The notes beneath the pieces are model-generated. The model saw nothing but the letters and a program-made list of their open reading frames with translations, was not told the origin of the DNA and searched no databases. 64,000 bases of DNA from Perkinsela sp. CCAP 1560/9 (taxonomy: Eukaryota > Protista > Euglenozoa: Kinetoplastea): contig CBFFSA010000003.1 in the NCBI GenBank assembly GCA_965644495.1, forward strand, positions 1,178,001-1,242,000. Reading direction: 5' to 3'. A program made the translations under genes and the position numbers. Of the stretch, positions 49,433 through 59,569 are shown one piece after another (the stretch's first letter is position 1; each line of letters opens with the position of its first letter).

Positions 49433-52171
49433 TTATGTGCCACGGGTAGAAAATTTCTGCTTTTCTACTTCGACTGGAAGTTGGATCTCAGAAGATATTC
49501 CTTTGCTTATTCGAATTTTACTGAGGAGTTTTCGAATAATGTCATCATTGGAATCAGACAGAAAAGAACCCCTCTCTGGGGATGTACATTGTTGGGCGTT
49601 ATTAACAATCTTCCACCCAGCAGTGGAAAAAGAACAAGTTGCTTTCCCACTTGTGCACTCGCGCAGGGACTGCACCAAACCGATGCTTTCAACAATAGGA
49701 ATACGACACTGCATTATGAACCTTTGAGAAAAAGTACTTTCCCCGTAAAATACTTCCACATCTGTTATACAGCCTCGACGCTGTTTGATGAGTGAAGTGA
49801 TGGCTCCCTGGATGCCCTCGCCAAACCATCTGATCTCACATTTGTAAACAGGCTCTACGAGACTACTTGCTCCTTGTGCGATAGCAGACTCACATGCACG
49901 ACGCATTGCAGTTCCAATATTAGATCCTGTAAGCAACTCATATAATTTATTCTCATGTCCAAGGTACTGATCCGGCACAGTAAGGTCGGAAACAATTGTC
50001 GCAATGCCGGTCAAGGGTTCTCCACAAAGTTGTCCGGAGGACATAGCAAGATTAAAGCCAGAGCAAAAGGAGCCGACAGTGCCTGTTTTCGTTAGTACCT
50101 CAGAGACAGTAGGGCTGATGAAAAGCGCGTTTGAAAAATGGCTTTGTGGCGGTCCCAGCCAAGTAAGATTGGAAATGGCCTCTGTCCAGAATCTGAGCTC
50201 TCGTTTTTTCATTCCTTGTTCGTCTTCCAAACTCTTTTTCAGCTTCTCCTTCAAAGGTTCTAGAATATCGGAGCTGACATAGTCATATTGCTTGATGTAG
50301 TCTTCCATAGTTCGTGACGGAATGCATGGCATAGGTATGGCAAGGAGACTGATCGTTATGCCTTCCACCAAAACACACGTCACCTCTTCAGACAAATAAG
50401 TGACGCTTCCTTTTGTCAAAGTCTCTCTAAAGGAAACGGTGGGTTCTTCAATGTTTAACTCTATCTCTTGAGTGAGAGATAAAAGGTCCGTCACGCATCT
50501 TTCGTTGTGCACCTCACCGGCGGTACTCATGATGTATTCGCCTGAGTCACGGACATGAATATCCAATTGAAGGTCCATACGATTTAGTTTATGCAACGCA
50601 GACGATAGTGTGTTAATATCCTTTACAGATTTGGCTCGAATGACCGTCTGCATGACACTCTCTACTGGTCGAGCAATGCTACGCATGGAAGGGAATGACG
50701 GCTCCGAGCATAGCGTAGCACATTTACAAAGGCGTGAAACAATTGGTCCACCGATTGCGCAAATAGAACCCGCCGAGACCGACTCTACATTGTGCAGGCT
50801 CCCCCCACAGAAAAAAGCAACCCGTGAAACTAAGTTAGAATCTGATTCAGTATTGTCGGAACTTGCTTGTTTTTCATCTGAATGAAAATACAGTCGTTGG
50901 TCTTTGCGTATTGCCCCACAAAAAACTCGGGTTAGGCCAAATAGGACTGCCTCATTTTCTTCTTGAATCTCTACTAAATTTACAACGTAGGCAAAGGTTG
51001 GAGACAACGATGAGTCGTCACATCTTCCAATGTGTCTCAAAATGTCTTTTGAAGAGCTTCCTTGATGAGCTTCCGAAAAGCGCGCACTTTCATCAGATGC
51101 TAAATCTTTTGAAAACGTGTACGATGGAAAAAGTCGTTCTAATCTATGTCTTTGGGAATGTATAGGACTTGGCAATTGCATCTTAACGGCCTCCAGTAAA
51201 CAACGAGCCAATGGCAGCCATGAATACATGATATGCTTCGTCAACTCATCCTTGTCTTTTTTAAAAATAAGCGAGGTGCTCGGGTCGACCGCTTTTATAG
51301 AAACCAAGAGATCCGTCAGAGCCTTCTCGTTGAAGGGTGTGGAAAACGTACAGTCAAACATTCTCCACATTGTACTAATTATAAGACGATCAAAAAGAGA
51401 TCTACGCCCCGGATCGGTTGGAACGATTGTTTGCTTGTTCTTATCGATCGTGTACGGCCCCCATAGCCCTTTGAGTAGTTTCTCTGCTTTCCATCCAAAT
51501 TTGGATTCGTACTGCGTTGCAAAATCATGAAGAGAGAACCCGAATCCCCATAGTCCACTAGTAAAAACAACGTTACCTTTGATTGGGCAGAACCATTCTT
51601 CGGAGGTTGCATTGTCTTGAATATCTGTCGATCTTACTTGAGGTAGCGCATCAAACGTTGCAGCTTCCTCCGACAGTGTGTCCATAAACGTATTCGCATT
51701 CGCCACAATCGTGCACAGATGGGACTCTGCTTCAGTCGGGGATAATTGTAATGAACTGTAGAGTAAGTCAATTTTATTTAACACGAGGCAGAGAGAAATG
51801 TTTTCCTCGAATGCATGCCGGAGTACACTCTGTGTCTGCGACGTAATTCCATCAATCACGTCAACGACCACCAGAGCCCCGTCACAGAGTCGAAGAGCAA
51901 TGCTAACCTCCACACCAAACTCAACATGCCCAGGAGAGTCAACCAGATTATACATGTCATCTTGAAAGGAAAGAGCAAGAGAGGATGTCTTTACCGTAAT
52001 CAGTTTTTCTTGTTCATCCTTGCGGACATCAAGGTATCGTACCTTACCCGCCATGGCGGGGGAGACAATGTCGCAGTGCGCTGCAAGGTAGTCACATAAG
52101 GTTGTCTTTCCGTGATCCACATGGGCTAACATGCAAAAATTGCGCACGTAATTCGGCGATACTGCCTCCAT
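49433..52171 (-). CDS. EFL1: EF-2-like ribosome biogenesis GTPase EFL1/RIA1
   Basis: RNFCMLAHVDHGKTTL.D.L, MAGKVRYLD.R.DEQ...ITVK, DSPGHVEF, NKID, SGEYIM.TAGEVH.ERC, IRISKG...V...EKQ. Confidence 0.92.
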   Translation of the reverse strand: MEAVSPNYVRNFCMLAHVDHGKTTLCDYLAAHCDIVSPAMAGKVRYLDVRKDEQEKLITVKTSSLALSFQDDMYNLVDSPGHVEFGVEVSIALRLCDGALVVVDVIDGITSQTQSVLRHAFEENISLCLVLNKIDLLYSSLQLSPTEAESHLCTIVANANTFMDTLSEEAATFDALPQVRSTDIQDNATSEEWFCPIKGNVVFTSGLWGFGFSLHDFATQYESKFGWKAEKLLKGLWGPYTIDKNKQTIVPTDPGRRSLFDRLIISTMWRMFDCTFSTPFNEKALTDLLVSIKAVDPSTSLIFKKDKDELTKHIMYSWLPLARCLLEAVKMQLPSPIHSQRHRLERLFPSYTFSKDLASDESARFSEAHQGSSSKDILRHIGRCDDSSLSPTFAYVVNLVEIQEENEAVLFGLTRVFCGAIRKDQRLYFHSDEKQASSDNTESDSNLVSRVAFFCGGSLHNVESVSAGSICAIGGPIVSRLCKCATLCSEPSFPSMRSIARPVESVMQTVIRAKSVKDINTLSSALHKLNRMDLQLDIHVRDSGEYIMSTAGEVHNERCVTDLLSLTQEIELNIEEPTVSFRETLTKGSVTYLSEEVTCVLVEGITISLLAIPMPCIPSRTMEDYIKQYDYVSSDILEPLKEKLKKSLEDEQGMKKRELRFWTEAISNLTWLGPPQSHFSNALFISPTVSEVLTKTGTVGSFCSGFNLAMSSGQLCGEPLTGIATIVSDLTVPDQYLGHENKLYELLTGSNIGTAMRRACESAIAQGASSLVEPVYKCEIRWFGEGIQGAITSLIKQRRGCITDVEVFYGESTFSQRFIMQCRIPIVESIGLVQSLRECTSGKATCSFSTAGWKIVNNAQQCTSPERGSFLSDSNDDIIRKLLSKIRISKGISSEIQLPVEVEKQKFSTRGT

Positions 52172-52450
52172 GTGTTCGAATTTTCGGGATCTGCTTTTGT
52201 GGAGTCGCGTCCTACGTTCCTATAAGGATTACATTACGCTTTCGTCAAAGCAACCATATTGAAAGCGTATCCTTCAAACGAGAAACTGTACTGTAAATAA
52301 TGTTAAATTTGTACAAGAGTCACGTATTGTATCAGTGTTCTATGAATTTGTATGCAGCTTTGCTTGTTGTAATTCCTACAGTTTAATGGTAAGATTTTTT
52401 TCATCCCAATGTCCTTTCCCCTCTACCTCTCTATCCCATCACCTAAAAAA

Positions 52451-53452
52451 CTACGACACACGGGTGGACGCGGTGTGTGTATTCTTCCATTCCGTGTAGT
52501 AATCATACATGTCAAGCGCTAGCACACACGAATCACGCACGAGCGCACACTTCTCATGTTTCGGGTTCGCAAAATACTTAATCGTATCCCAGCACGAGGC
52601 TGTGGCGACGGCTCCCAGTGCCTCCGCAGCCTCATGCCGCACCATCGGGTGTTCCCCACAACGACGAAGCACCGTTTTTAACACCTCCGCACTCCCAGGA
52701 CTTTGCATTTGTCCCAGAACAAACGCAATCTCATGCCGTAACAACGCAGAGGAGGTATCCGTCTTCAACACCTGAGCAAGCCCCGCGACATCATTCTCCT
52801 CACGAAGACGAAACATGGCGCGGTAGCGTTCATACAACGAGGGGATTTCCTCCCTTTCCCTCCCTGGCCTCCCCGCCAACACCTCCCGATTCCACTCCAC
52901 ATTTCTATTCGTATGCGGGGGTGCGGGATCAATACTCGTGTACGCACTCTCCCCCTCCCCCACACCCCGTGCGCACCTCCCCTCCCGTACCTCCTCCATA
53001 CGTCGCAGGGCGAGCTCACACGTCTGGAGTAACTCCACGGGAACTTTCATGACCCCCATCTCATCCAACTCCGCCGCGGCGTCGGGGCCCAGATCCTGTC
53101 GCACGGCATAGACCGCTTTCACGTTCTCCAGCATCCGCGTGCCCTCCGCGGAGGCAATCGCCCCGAGAGCCTCCGCGGCCTCGTGGCGGGTGACGACATC
53201 GAGCGCGGAGTCGGCGACTATATCGGAAAGGAACGCGACGTCGTCGGGGGTGCCGATTTGCCCCAACACGTACATGAGCTCGTGCTGGAGGAGTACGCCC
53301 TGGGAGGGGGTGTAGGCGTCGCGGAGGGTGCGGCGGAGGGCGGGGAGGGGGAGGGGGTGGTCGGGTTCACGCAGGTGGTGGAGGGCGCGGATACGGCGGG
53401 GAAGGGGTTGGGAGGGGTCGCAGAGGGTGTCGCCGTCGGGGTGGGTGGGCAT
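52451..53452 (-). CDS. DOHH: Deoxyhypusine hydroxylase
   Basis: Four HE iron-binding motifs: LLQHELMYVLGQ, TRHEAAEALGAI, LLRHEIAFVLGQ, MVRHEAAEALGAV; SIDPAPP. Confidence 0.95.
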   Translation of the reverse strand: MPTHPDGDTLCDPSQPLPRRIRALHHLREPDHPLPLPALRRTLRDAYTPSQGVLLQHELMYVLGQIGTPDDVAFLSDIVADSALDVVTRHEAAEALGAIASAEGTRMLENVKAVYAVRQDLGPDAAAELDEMGVMKVPVELLQTCELALRRMEEVREGRCARGVGEGESAYTSIDPAPPHTNRNVEWNREVLAGRPGREREEIPSLYERYRAMFRLREENDVAGLAQVLKTDTSSALLRHEIAFVLGQMQSPGSAEVLKTVLRRCGEHPMVRHEAAEALGAVATASCWDTIKYFANPKHEKCALVRDSCVLALDMYDYYTEWKNTHTASTRVS

Positions 53453-53601
53453 GGAGGGTGGGGAGTAGAAATAATGTTTTTTTTGTTTTTTGATTTTAAT
53501 AAAGGGGGGGTACGTCTAGGGTTGGCAATCATCTATTGTTGGTAAACGAATAAAGACATATATTGTTGGCAATCGGCTATTGTGGACTGGGCCATCAAGT
53601 A

Positions 53602-54326
53602 CTGTAACCCCCCTACTTAATTGTCACCCGTCTACCCCCCCTACTTAATTGTCCTTTTTGACAGAGCCTTGGGCACGAGGCGCCGCGAAGCGACGCCGAT
53701 TTTTTCTGTTCATTTTTTCATTTTCTAGTGTAATGTGATATACGTCCTACGGGCACCGTATTACATCTTGTTACACAATATTTGACTCATTTTTTACTCT
53801 TTTGCACTGATGGTTCTCCGAGGTAGGAACCGATTGGTATGATGGCTAAGCCGTCCAGCCAATCCCTTTCATCTCTTCCCCTACCGGAAAATGGTAACCT
53901 TTCAGTTGACTTCCATTCATCTTTCTCTCTTCCGGAAAACGTTAATGCTCCCGGTGATTACCCTTCATCTCCCCCCTTCCTGGAAATGGCAACTCTCCCT
54001 CAGAGCCCCATTCATCGGACAAGGGAACTACCTCCAATGAACAACGGGTTACTGGTCCTCTGGGGCGTTGAGTGAGAATACGGCCTCCTGTCCCTCGGGT
54101 AGGGCCTCTAGAAAATCCTCTAGTGGGACCCATCGCGAATTTTTTAGTGTCTCCATTGGACCTACGCTTACACAAGAACAATAATAGCAGATAGTAGCAT
54201 AGAGTGAAACATGCGGCGCGAAGCGGGGCTAATTTTTTTCTCCCTACTTTCTTCAAATTTTGCACCCCCCCTATTTAATTGTCCTTTTTCCCGAAAAGCG
54301 GAGACAATTAAGGAGGGGGGGTACAG
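53602..54326 (+). mobile_element. Non-autonomous Tc1/mariner-superfamily (Tc2/pogo-like) element, 725 bp, TA TSD
   Basis: 24-bp TIRs CTGTA(A/C)CCCCCCT(A/C)CTTAATTGTC (22/24), TA at 53600-01 and 54327-28; subterminal copies at 53634 and 54264. Confidence 0.85.
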
Positions 54327-54353
54327 TACATGAAACGACAAGTGTCCAATCTA

Positions 54354-54893
54354 AGAGGGTTGAAACCTATGAAAAGCAAAACCTGGCAAAACCCGCATAT
54401 TCCTCATTGACGTGGCAAAGAAAAGTACTTTGTCAAAAAAATAGTGAAGAACATACATGGTCTCCATCGTGCGCTGCAAAACATTTTCGCGCCACAAAAA
54501 ATGAAAATTTTGAAAAAAACCATTTTTCGAAATAAACCCCCAGAAAGGGTATCGGGGGTCTTGGCGCACATTTTCCACCCCCGTACTCGGGGACGACTCC
54601 CCCTGGTATCAACAGGACGGGGCCGCCAAGTTCGGTTTTTTCTGAAAAGAAATTGGAAAAAAGGCCAACTTGGCGAAAAACATGGCTTGAAAAATAGTTT
54701 CATAAAATCGTTTCACTATAGTAGTTTGAGAGTTTGGGACCTATACTAGTTTTCTACGCCGTTGTTTTCACAAGATACCCCTTCTTGAAGCCGTGACACG
54801 GCTCTAAAAATGACGCCCCATAAAATAGGTGTCCTGGCAAAACCAGGCAAAACTTGGCAAAACCCGGCAAGACTTAACAGGTTTCACCCCTCT
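54354..54893. mobile_element. Non-autonomous TIR element (hAT-like ends) with GGCAAAAC subterminal repeats
   Basis: AGAGGGTTGAAACCT ... AGGTTTCACCCCTCT (14/15); (C/T)GGCAAAAC arrays near both ends; no TSD seen. Confidence 0.7.
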
Positions 54894-54899
54894 AAATAA

Positions 54900-55110
54900 A
54901 GGAATGCTACACGACAGTACTGACCTGCAACGCCCTTCTGTTGCGCTTGGACAATTAAAAGAGAGGTGCCAGAAGGTGCAACCAAACCATTGGCGAAAAT
55001 ATCAAAAGTTCATTTCAGAGAAAGCGGTCTTGTTTACAGATGCATCTCTTGATGGTTGGGGCGCAGTTCTGTTTTTGGACAATGGAGCCGTGTGCGTATA
55101 TTGTATCATA
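54900..55110 (+). pseudogene. DIRS/TATE/VIPER-like RT-RNase H junction fragment
   Basis: AVLFTDASLDGWGAVL is the DIRS-type RNase H first motif. Confidence 0.6.
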
Positions 55111-55283
55111 CAGGTAAGCCTGCAGAGATTTATAAGGTGAAGACGCGGACAAAACGCGTTTTTGTCACGTATCGACTCCCCAGGGGTGATCTTGCAGAAG
55201 GCGGAAAAGTGTTATTGCGCATGAGGCTTGGCCAAGGGGTTGCGACAAGGCAACTAGCCCGCGAGTTTAATGTCATTGTGAAT

Positions 55284-55444
55284 GGGAGGGGGAGAGGGCA
55301 GTCGGGATCACGCAGGTGGTGGAGGGCGCGGATACGGCGGGGAAGGGGTTGGGAGGGGTCGCAGAGGGTGTCGCCGTCGGGGTGGGTGGGCATGGAGTGT
55401 GGGGGGTAGGAAATAATGTTTTTTTTCGTTTTATTATTTTAATA
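55284..55444 (-). repeat. Duplicate of the DOHH 5' end and leader (copy of 53343-53501)
   Basis: About 90-bp identical core encoding MPTHPDGDTLCDPSQPLPRRIRALHHLR plus diverged upstream A-rich leader. Confidence 0.92.
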
Positions 55445-55820
55445 CAACGGGTGCCCTCCGATTTTGAGCAAAAAGCCGTGTTAAGGGTGGGGTACATGGA
55501 AAATTATCTTGGAAAAAGCCGCTTCGTGGCGCCTTTTTTTATCGTTGCTACACTAGGTCATTCTCCTTTTGATATTCTTTTTGGTGGCTGGGTAGCTGTG
55601 GGAAAAAAAATCCGCCGCTTCGCAGCGGACTCCACAAATATTGGTCCTTCCCAGAAATTGTTTTTGGCCTTCTAGAAAAAAATGGCTCTGTGAAAAGGAG
55701 GGCCGAGCGTAGCCCTATTAGATAGGGGGGATAGTATCTTTCTTCGTGACGTAAGATATTTTTCGGTGTTATTTCTTTATTCTCTTTGTTTGCTTTTTAT
55801 AAATCGTTTTACGTTCACAT

Positions 55821-56471
55821 TCATAAGAAAGGGGGGGCTTTTTCACAAGGATCCGGTATTTCCACACAAAAAGGAAGCTTTCCAGAAGGAAATGTTAGTT
55901 TGGTGTCGGTGAGCGTAAGCCTTTGTAGGCCATGCGGAAGTTTCGAAAAATCAGGTACTCCTTGAATAGGATTGCCACGAAGAAAGATCTCGATCATCGT
56001 TTCTGGCAGAGCGGTAAAATCCACACTACCTTGTATGTTGTTTCCATAGAGATCCAATACGCGAAGCGACGGAGGAAGATCGCTTACTTCAAGGGACCCG
56101 CAGATACCCAAGTCATAAAGAAATAGCTCCAAGAGACCTCGCGGTAATGATGCAAAGTCCACATGTGAAATCTCACCCTTTAAGTACTTGAAAGTGCCAT
56201 CATTGCTATAATCTGAACTCAAATTCAAATGCAACAAAGAGTTCGGTAGACAAGACCATTGGAACTCACCAGAAAGACCAATACCATACCACTCCAACCT
56301 TTCAACATTATTTTTCTCATCACACATCACACGATCCCATTCACACGCGGGTGTGTGCGTAGACCATGATTTTTGGGGATTCGGAATATCTTTGATGAAG
56401 AGGGCGAGAGCGTATTCTTGCGGCAAACCTGCACCACGAACTCGATGTGGCACACCGTCCGACATATTCAT
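55821..56471 (-). CDS. Leucine-rich repeat protein
   Basis: N-cap CEWDRVMC; repeats LP..L..L.L..N...G..D...LP. Confidence 0.9.
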   Translation of the reverse strand: MNMSDGVPHRVRGAGLPQEYALALFIKDIPNPQKSWSTHTPACEWDRVMCDEKNNVERLEWYGIGLSGEFQWSCLPNSLLHLNLSSDYSNDGTFKYLKGEISHVDFASLPRGLLELFLYDLGICGSLEVSDLPPSLRVLDLYGNNIQGSVDFTALPETMIEIFLRGNPIQGVPDFSKLPHGLQRLTLTDTKLTFPSGKLPFCVEIPDPCEKAPPFL

Positions 56472-56755
56472 AAATCGATAGACGCACTGTAAAAGACTAG
56501 AAGCATTCGAAATAGTTTTTTTATCAAGGTTGTTTCAAAATATTAATAGTCTATAGTGTGCTGATGATATTATTAGCACCCTAGTCCGTGAACCCGGATG
56601 GACGTACAAAACTGGGGGTTATATTCTTTGTAGAGTGGATCAAGTCTTCTGCTTACTGCAGTTCTACTCACTAGGGGCATTCATCACCTAGAAATCGTCC
56701 GTCGTCATTCACATCCACTATTACGAGGTGCAGACAGATTTCAGACGGGATTTGA

Positions 56756-57304
56756 TTAAATTGTTTTAACCCATCTTCTTGATTTAATTTTTGTAAAGTC
56801 TTTATGTGGAGCAGATTTTTCACGTCCGTTGCTCTCCGCGGAAGCGTTACTTTTAGAAGATGAATTCGTATTTTCGATATGTATGTTTTCATTCCACCTG
56901 CCAACACTTCTTAACATTTGTTCTACCGCTGTGTGATCATCATCCTTAATGTAATCCTTAAATTTGGTTACGAAGCTCTGACCATCAACTGGCTCAACGT
57001 GGTTATCACTCCCTTTGAGAATTTCGTGGTCTACCTTGTGATATTGTCTCTGTTTATCTTTTCTAGATTGATAAATCGGAATAATTCCTTGTCTAATGGT
57101 ACGCTCGACGCCAATTGCTTTCTGTTTCAATGCTTCAAGTTTCTTCTTATCTTTCTCGTAACCGCTGCGCAGAAATTCAGCTTTCGTGGTTTTCCATGCC
57201 CGAATTATTAACTCGTGGTCTGTATCGAACTTTTTAATGATCGTTTTCAACAGTCGGCGATAAAGGGTCGGAACCGTACTTAAGCTACGTGAGGTAATTT
57301 TCAT
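56756..57304 (-). CDS. LYR-motif mitochondrial protein (MZM1/LYRM7-like)
   Basis: LYRRLLK....F..D......AW...K.EF. Confidence 0.7.
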   Translation of the reverse strand: MKITSRSLSTVPTLYRRLLKTIIKKFDTDHELIIRAWKTTKAEFLRSGYEKDKKKLEALKQKAIGVERTIRQGIIPIYQSRKDKQRQYHKVDHEILKGSDNHVEPVDGQSFVTKFKDYIKDDDHTAVEQMLRSVGRWNENIHIENTNSSSKSNASAESNGREKSAPHKDFTKIKSRRWVKTI

Positions 57305-57620
57305 TTACATCTATATCGGGATGTAAAGAGAATAAATGAAGAAAATACAAAAAGGTAAGAAAGCGCAAAAGCCCGGAAGTGGGGAAGGGAGAACGAAGGT
57401 TAAGTTCTTAATTATATTCAATAAAAAGAGTTTTCGATGAGAAACTGGCAGATAAAAATATGCCAAAACAAAGCCCAATAATGGTGAAACATTTGTCTGC
57501 GTGAAGGTGCGTAACACAGTAATTTTTTGCTGTATCATACAGTAGACATGCAGTATGTCTCTAGTTTACTGTACTATTCGAAGACCTAGTATCTTGCATG
57601 CCACATGGATATCTTACAGT

Positions 57621-58961
57621 TTAATGTTTCGAATGAGTACCTGAACTCTCTCCTGCTATGGAGAACCCAGCGTATTTAATACCACTGCTACAAGCGTCTC
57701 TTGGACAAAAAGAAAATCTCGGCGAAGTCGTGGTAAACTGGCGATCAAAATTCAGTTGAGAGTGATCTGGTACAAACGGAGGTTTGATCTCACGCCGCAG
57801 CAGCATCTCAAAGTCCAAACTCAAGAAGAAAGGTTGGCAGGAAAATGTCTTCATGTCATTGAGACGTTTCGTCGGGTCTCGTTCCAAAAGTTTTCGACAT
57901 AAGTCCTCAGCTTCGGGGCTGCAATCCGAGGAAAACTCCAAGTTCTTGTGTAAAATCAGTTCATACATGTCACAGACATTCTCGCTGTAGAAAGGGGGAA
58001 GACCATGTAGCATTTCGTAGAGAAGAACTCCAAGTGACCACCAGTCCACTTCCTTTCCATGTGCCGTGGCGGTTAAAAACTCGGGCGCGAGATACTCCGG
58101 AGTACCGCAGAAAGTTTTCGCAGAACATCCTCTCACGTTGGTCTTGGCTAAGCCGAAATCTGTCAGACAAACATGACCATCTTTATCCAAAACAACATTT
58201 TCTGGTTTAAGATCGCGATAAATGATATTGTGTGAGTGGATGTGCCCGAGGGCAAGACCGATTTCGGCCGTGTAGAAACGTGCACGGTCCTCGCCAAGTC
58301 GGCCTGTGTTCTGCATGTGATAAAAAAGTTCCCCACCGCTTAGAAAATCGAGCACCAGGTGTAGCTTGCGGCTCGTCTGGAAGGCATAGTGAAGACCCAC
58401 AATGAAAGGGTGTTGCAACTTCTCAAGAATGCTCTTCTCCGCAATGGTATGTTCGATCAGATTTCGCTCCTCAATCACGTTCTTACATAACGTTTTCATA
58501 GCAAAAATTTCGTTCGTATCCTTCTTGCGTACTTTCATCACTTTGCCAAATGCACCTCGTCCGATCACCGCTAACGCTTCGAAATCGTCTAACGCAACTG
58601 TCGATGTCGCATGACGGCTGTAGAGAATTGAACTCTTGCTTCGAGAAATCGAATCCCTATAGTCTTCTAATACACATTGTAATTTATGTACCCAAGCGAC
58701 TTTTTCTTTTAATGTTGGTGCTTCAAAGACATATTTCCTCTTCAATTGTGGTCCTGAGAGTGAGAATCGGTGGTCTCCCTCGTCTTCGCAAAAAGATTGG
58801 TCTAAGTTAAGTACACCATCTGGTTTTCCTTTACCACAATTTACGCAGTCTCGAAAATATGTGAGACAGCAACCATAGAGCTCAAAATAGCGTTCCGTTT
58901 TCAGCCCACGGAACGTACCACACTGCTTTTTTAACACCCCCGAGTAATCAGGAGATCCCAT
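57621..58961 (-). CDS. PH-domain AGC kinase (PKB/Akt-like)
   Basis: N-terminal PH domain; GRGAFGKV, YRDLKPEN, DFG, TFCGTPEYLAPE, PPFVP, NFD.QFT, YAGFS. Confidence 0.93.
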   Translation of the reverse strand: MGSPDYSGVLKKQCGTFRGLKTERYFELYGCCLTYFRDCVNCGKGKPDGVLNLDQSFCEDEGDHRFSLSGPQLKRKYVFEAPTLKEKVAWVHKLQCVLEDYRDSISRSKSSILYSRHATSTVALDDFEALAVIGRGAFGKVMKVRKKDTNEIFAMKTLCKNVIEERNLIEHTIAEKSILEKLQHPFIVGLHYAFQTSRKLHLVLDFLSGGELFYHMQNTGRLGEDRARFYTAEIGLALGHIHSHNIIYRDLKPENVVLDKDGHVCLTDFGLAKTNVRGCSAKTFCGTPEYLAPEFLTATAHGKEVDWWSLGVLLYEMLHGLPPFYSENVCDMYELILHKNLEFSSDCSPEAEDLCRKLLERDPTKRLNDMKTFSCQPFFLSLDFEMLLRREIKPPFVPDHSQLNFDRQFTTTSPRFSFCPRDACSSGIKYAGFSIAGESSGTHSKH

Positions 58962-59569
58962 CTTGCGATGCGCTGTCCTTCAAAATGGAGTGTATTCAAG
59001 GGCCCATTGGACACCAGGGCTCTTTTGATCTTTCGCCCTTGGAGTTGCAAAAAGCGTGCAGTTCAGCATGAGACGGAGGAAGGCAAGTCGCGTGTTTGCA
59101 TTCAAAGACAAAGAGAAAGAAATTGCAATCGTCTGACCCGTCAATTTACGTCACCCACAAATTTTTACACTCAAGTCAGCCAACTCATGCTATACATTTA
59201 CGACTTTATAGGTCGCATTTATTTGTCATGGAGAGACACATTTTTGATAAGAACCACTTATGTTTAAGTGCTACTAAGTTTGTATTGGACCAAAAAGTAT
59301 TAAGAATAGAGCTTAAATAGAAACGTCAAGTAGTAGATCGTGCTCAAAGTTCTGCTCTCAATAAAAACACCTTTGTCACCTTTTTCCGAGATTTAGACCA
59401 CTTCTAACCACATCCGCATTTCATTCGTTTCAATTTCTCGTCCAATTTGGGTCAACAAACATTCTTTTTCGGTAAAAACATTTCCCATTGTCCATGTCCA
59501 ATCCATCCAAGTACAAAGTACCTACTCACACCCACGCTAACCCACCCCCCTTCACTCTCACATACCCAT

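Noticed and set aside
49350-52293. AGAAACTGTACTG repeated upstream of two genes
   Set aside because: Exact 13-mer pairs are expected by chance in 64 kb.
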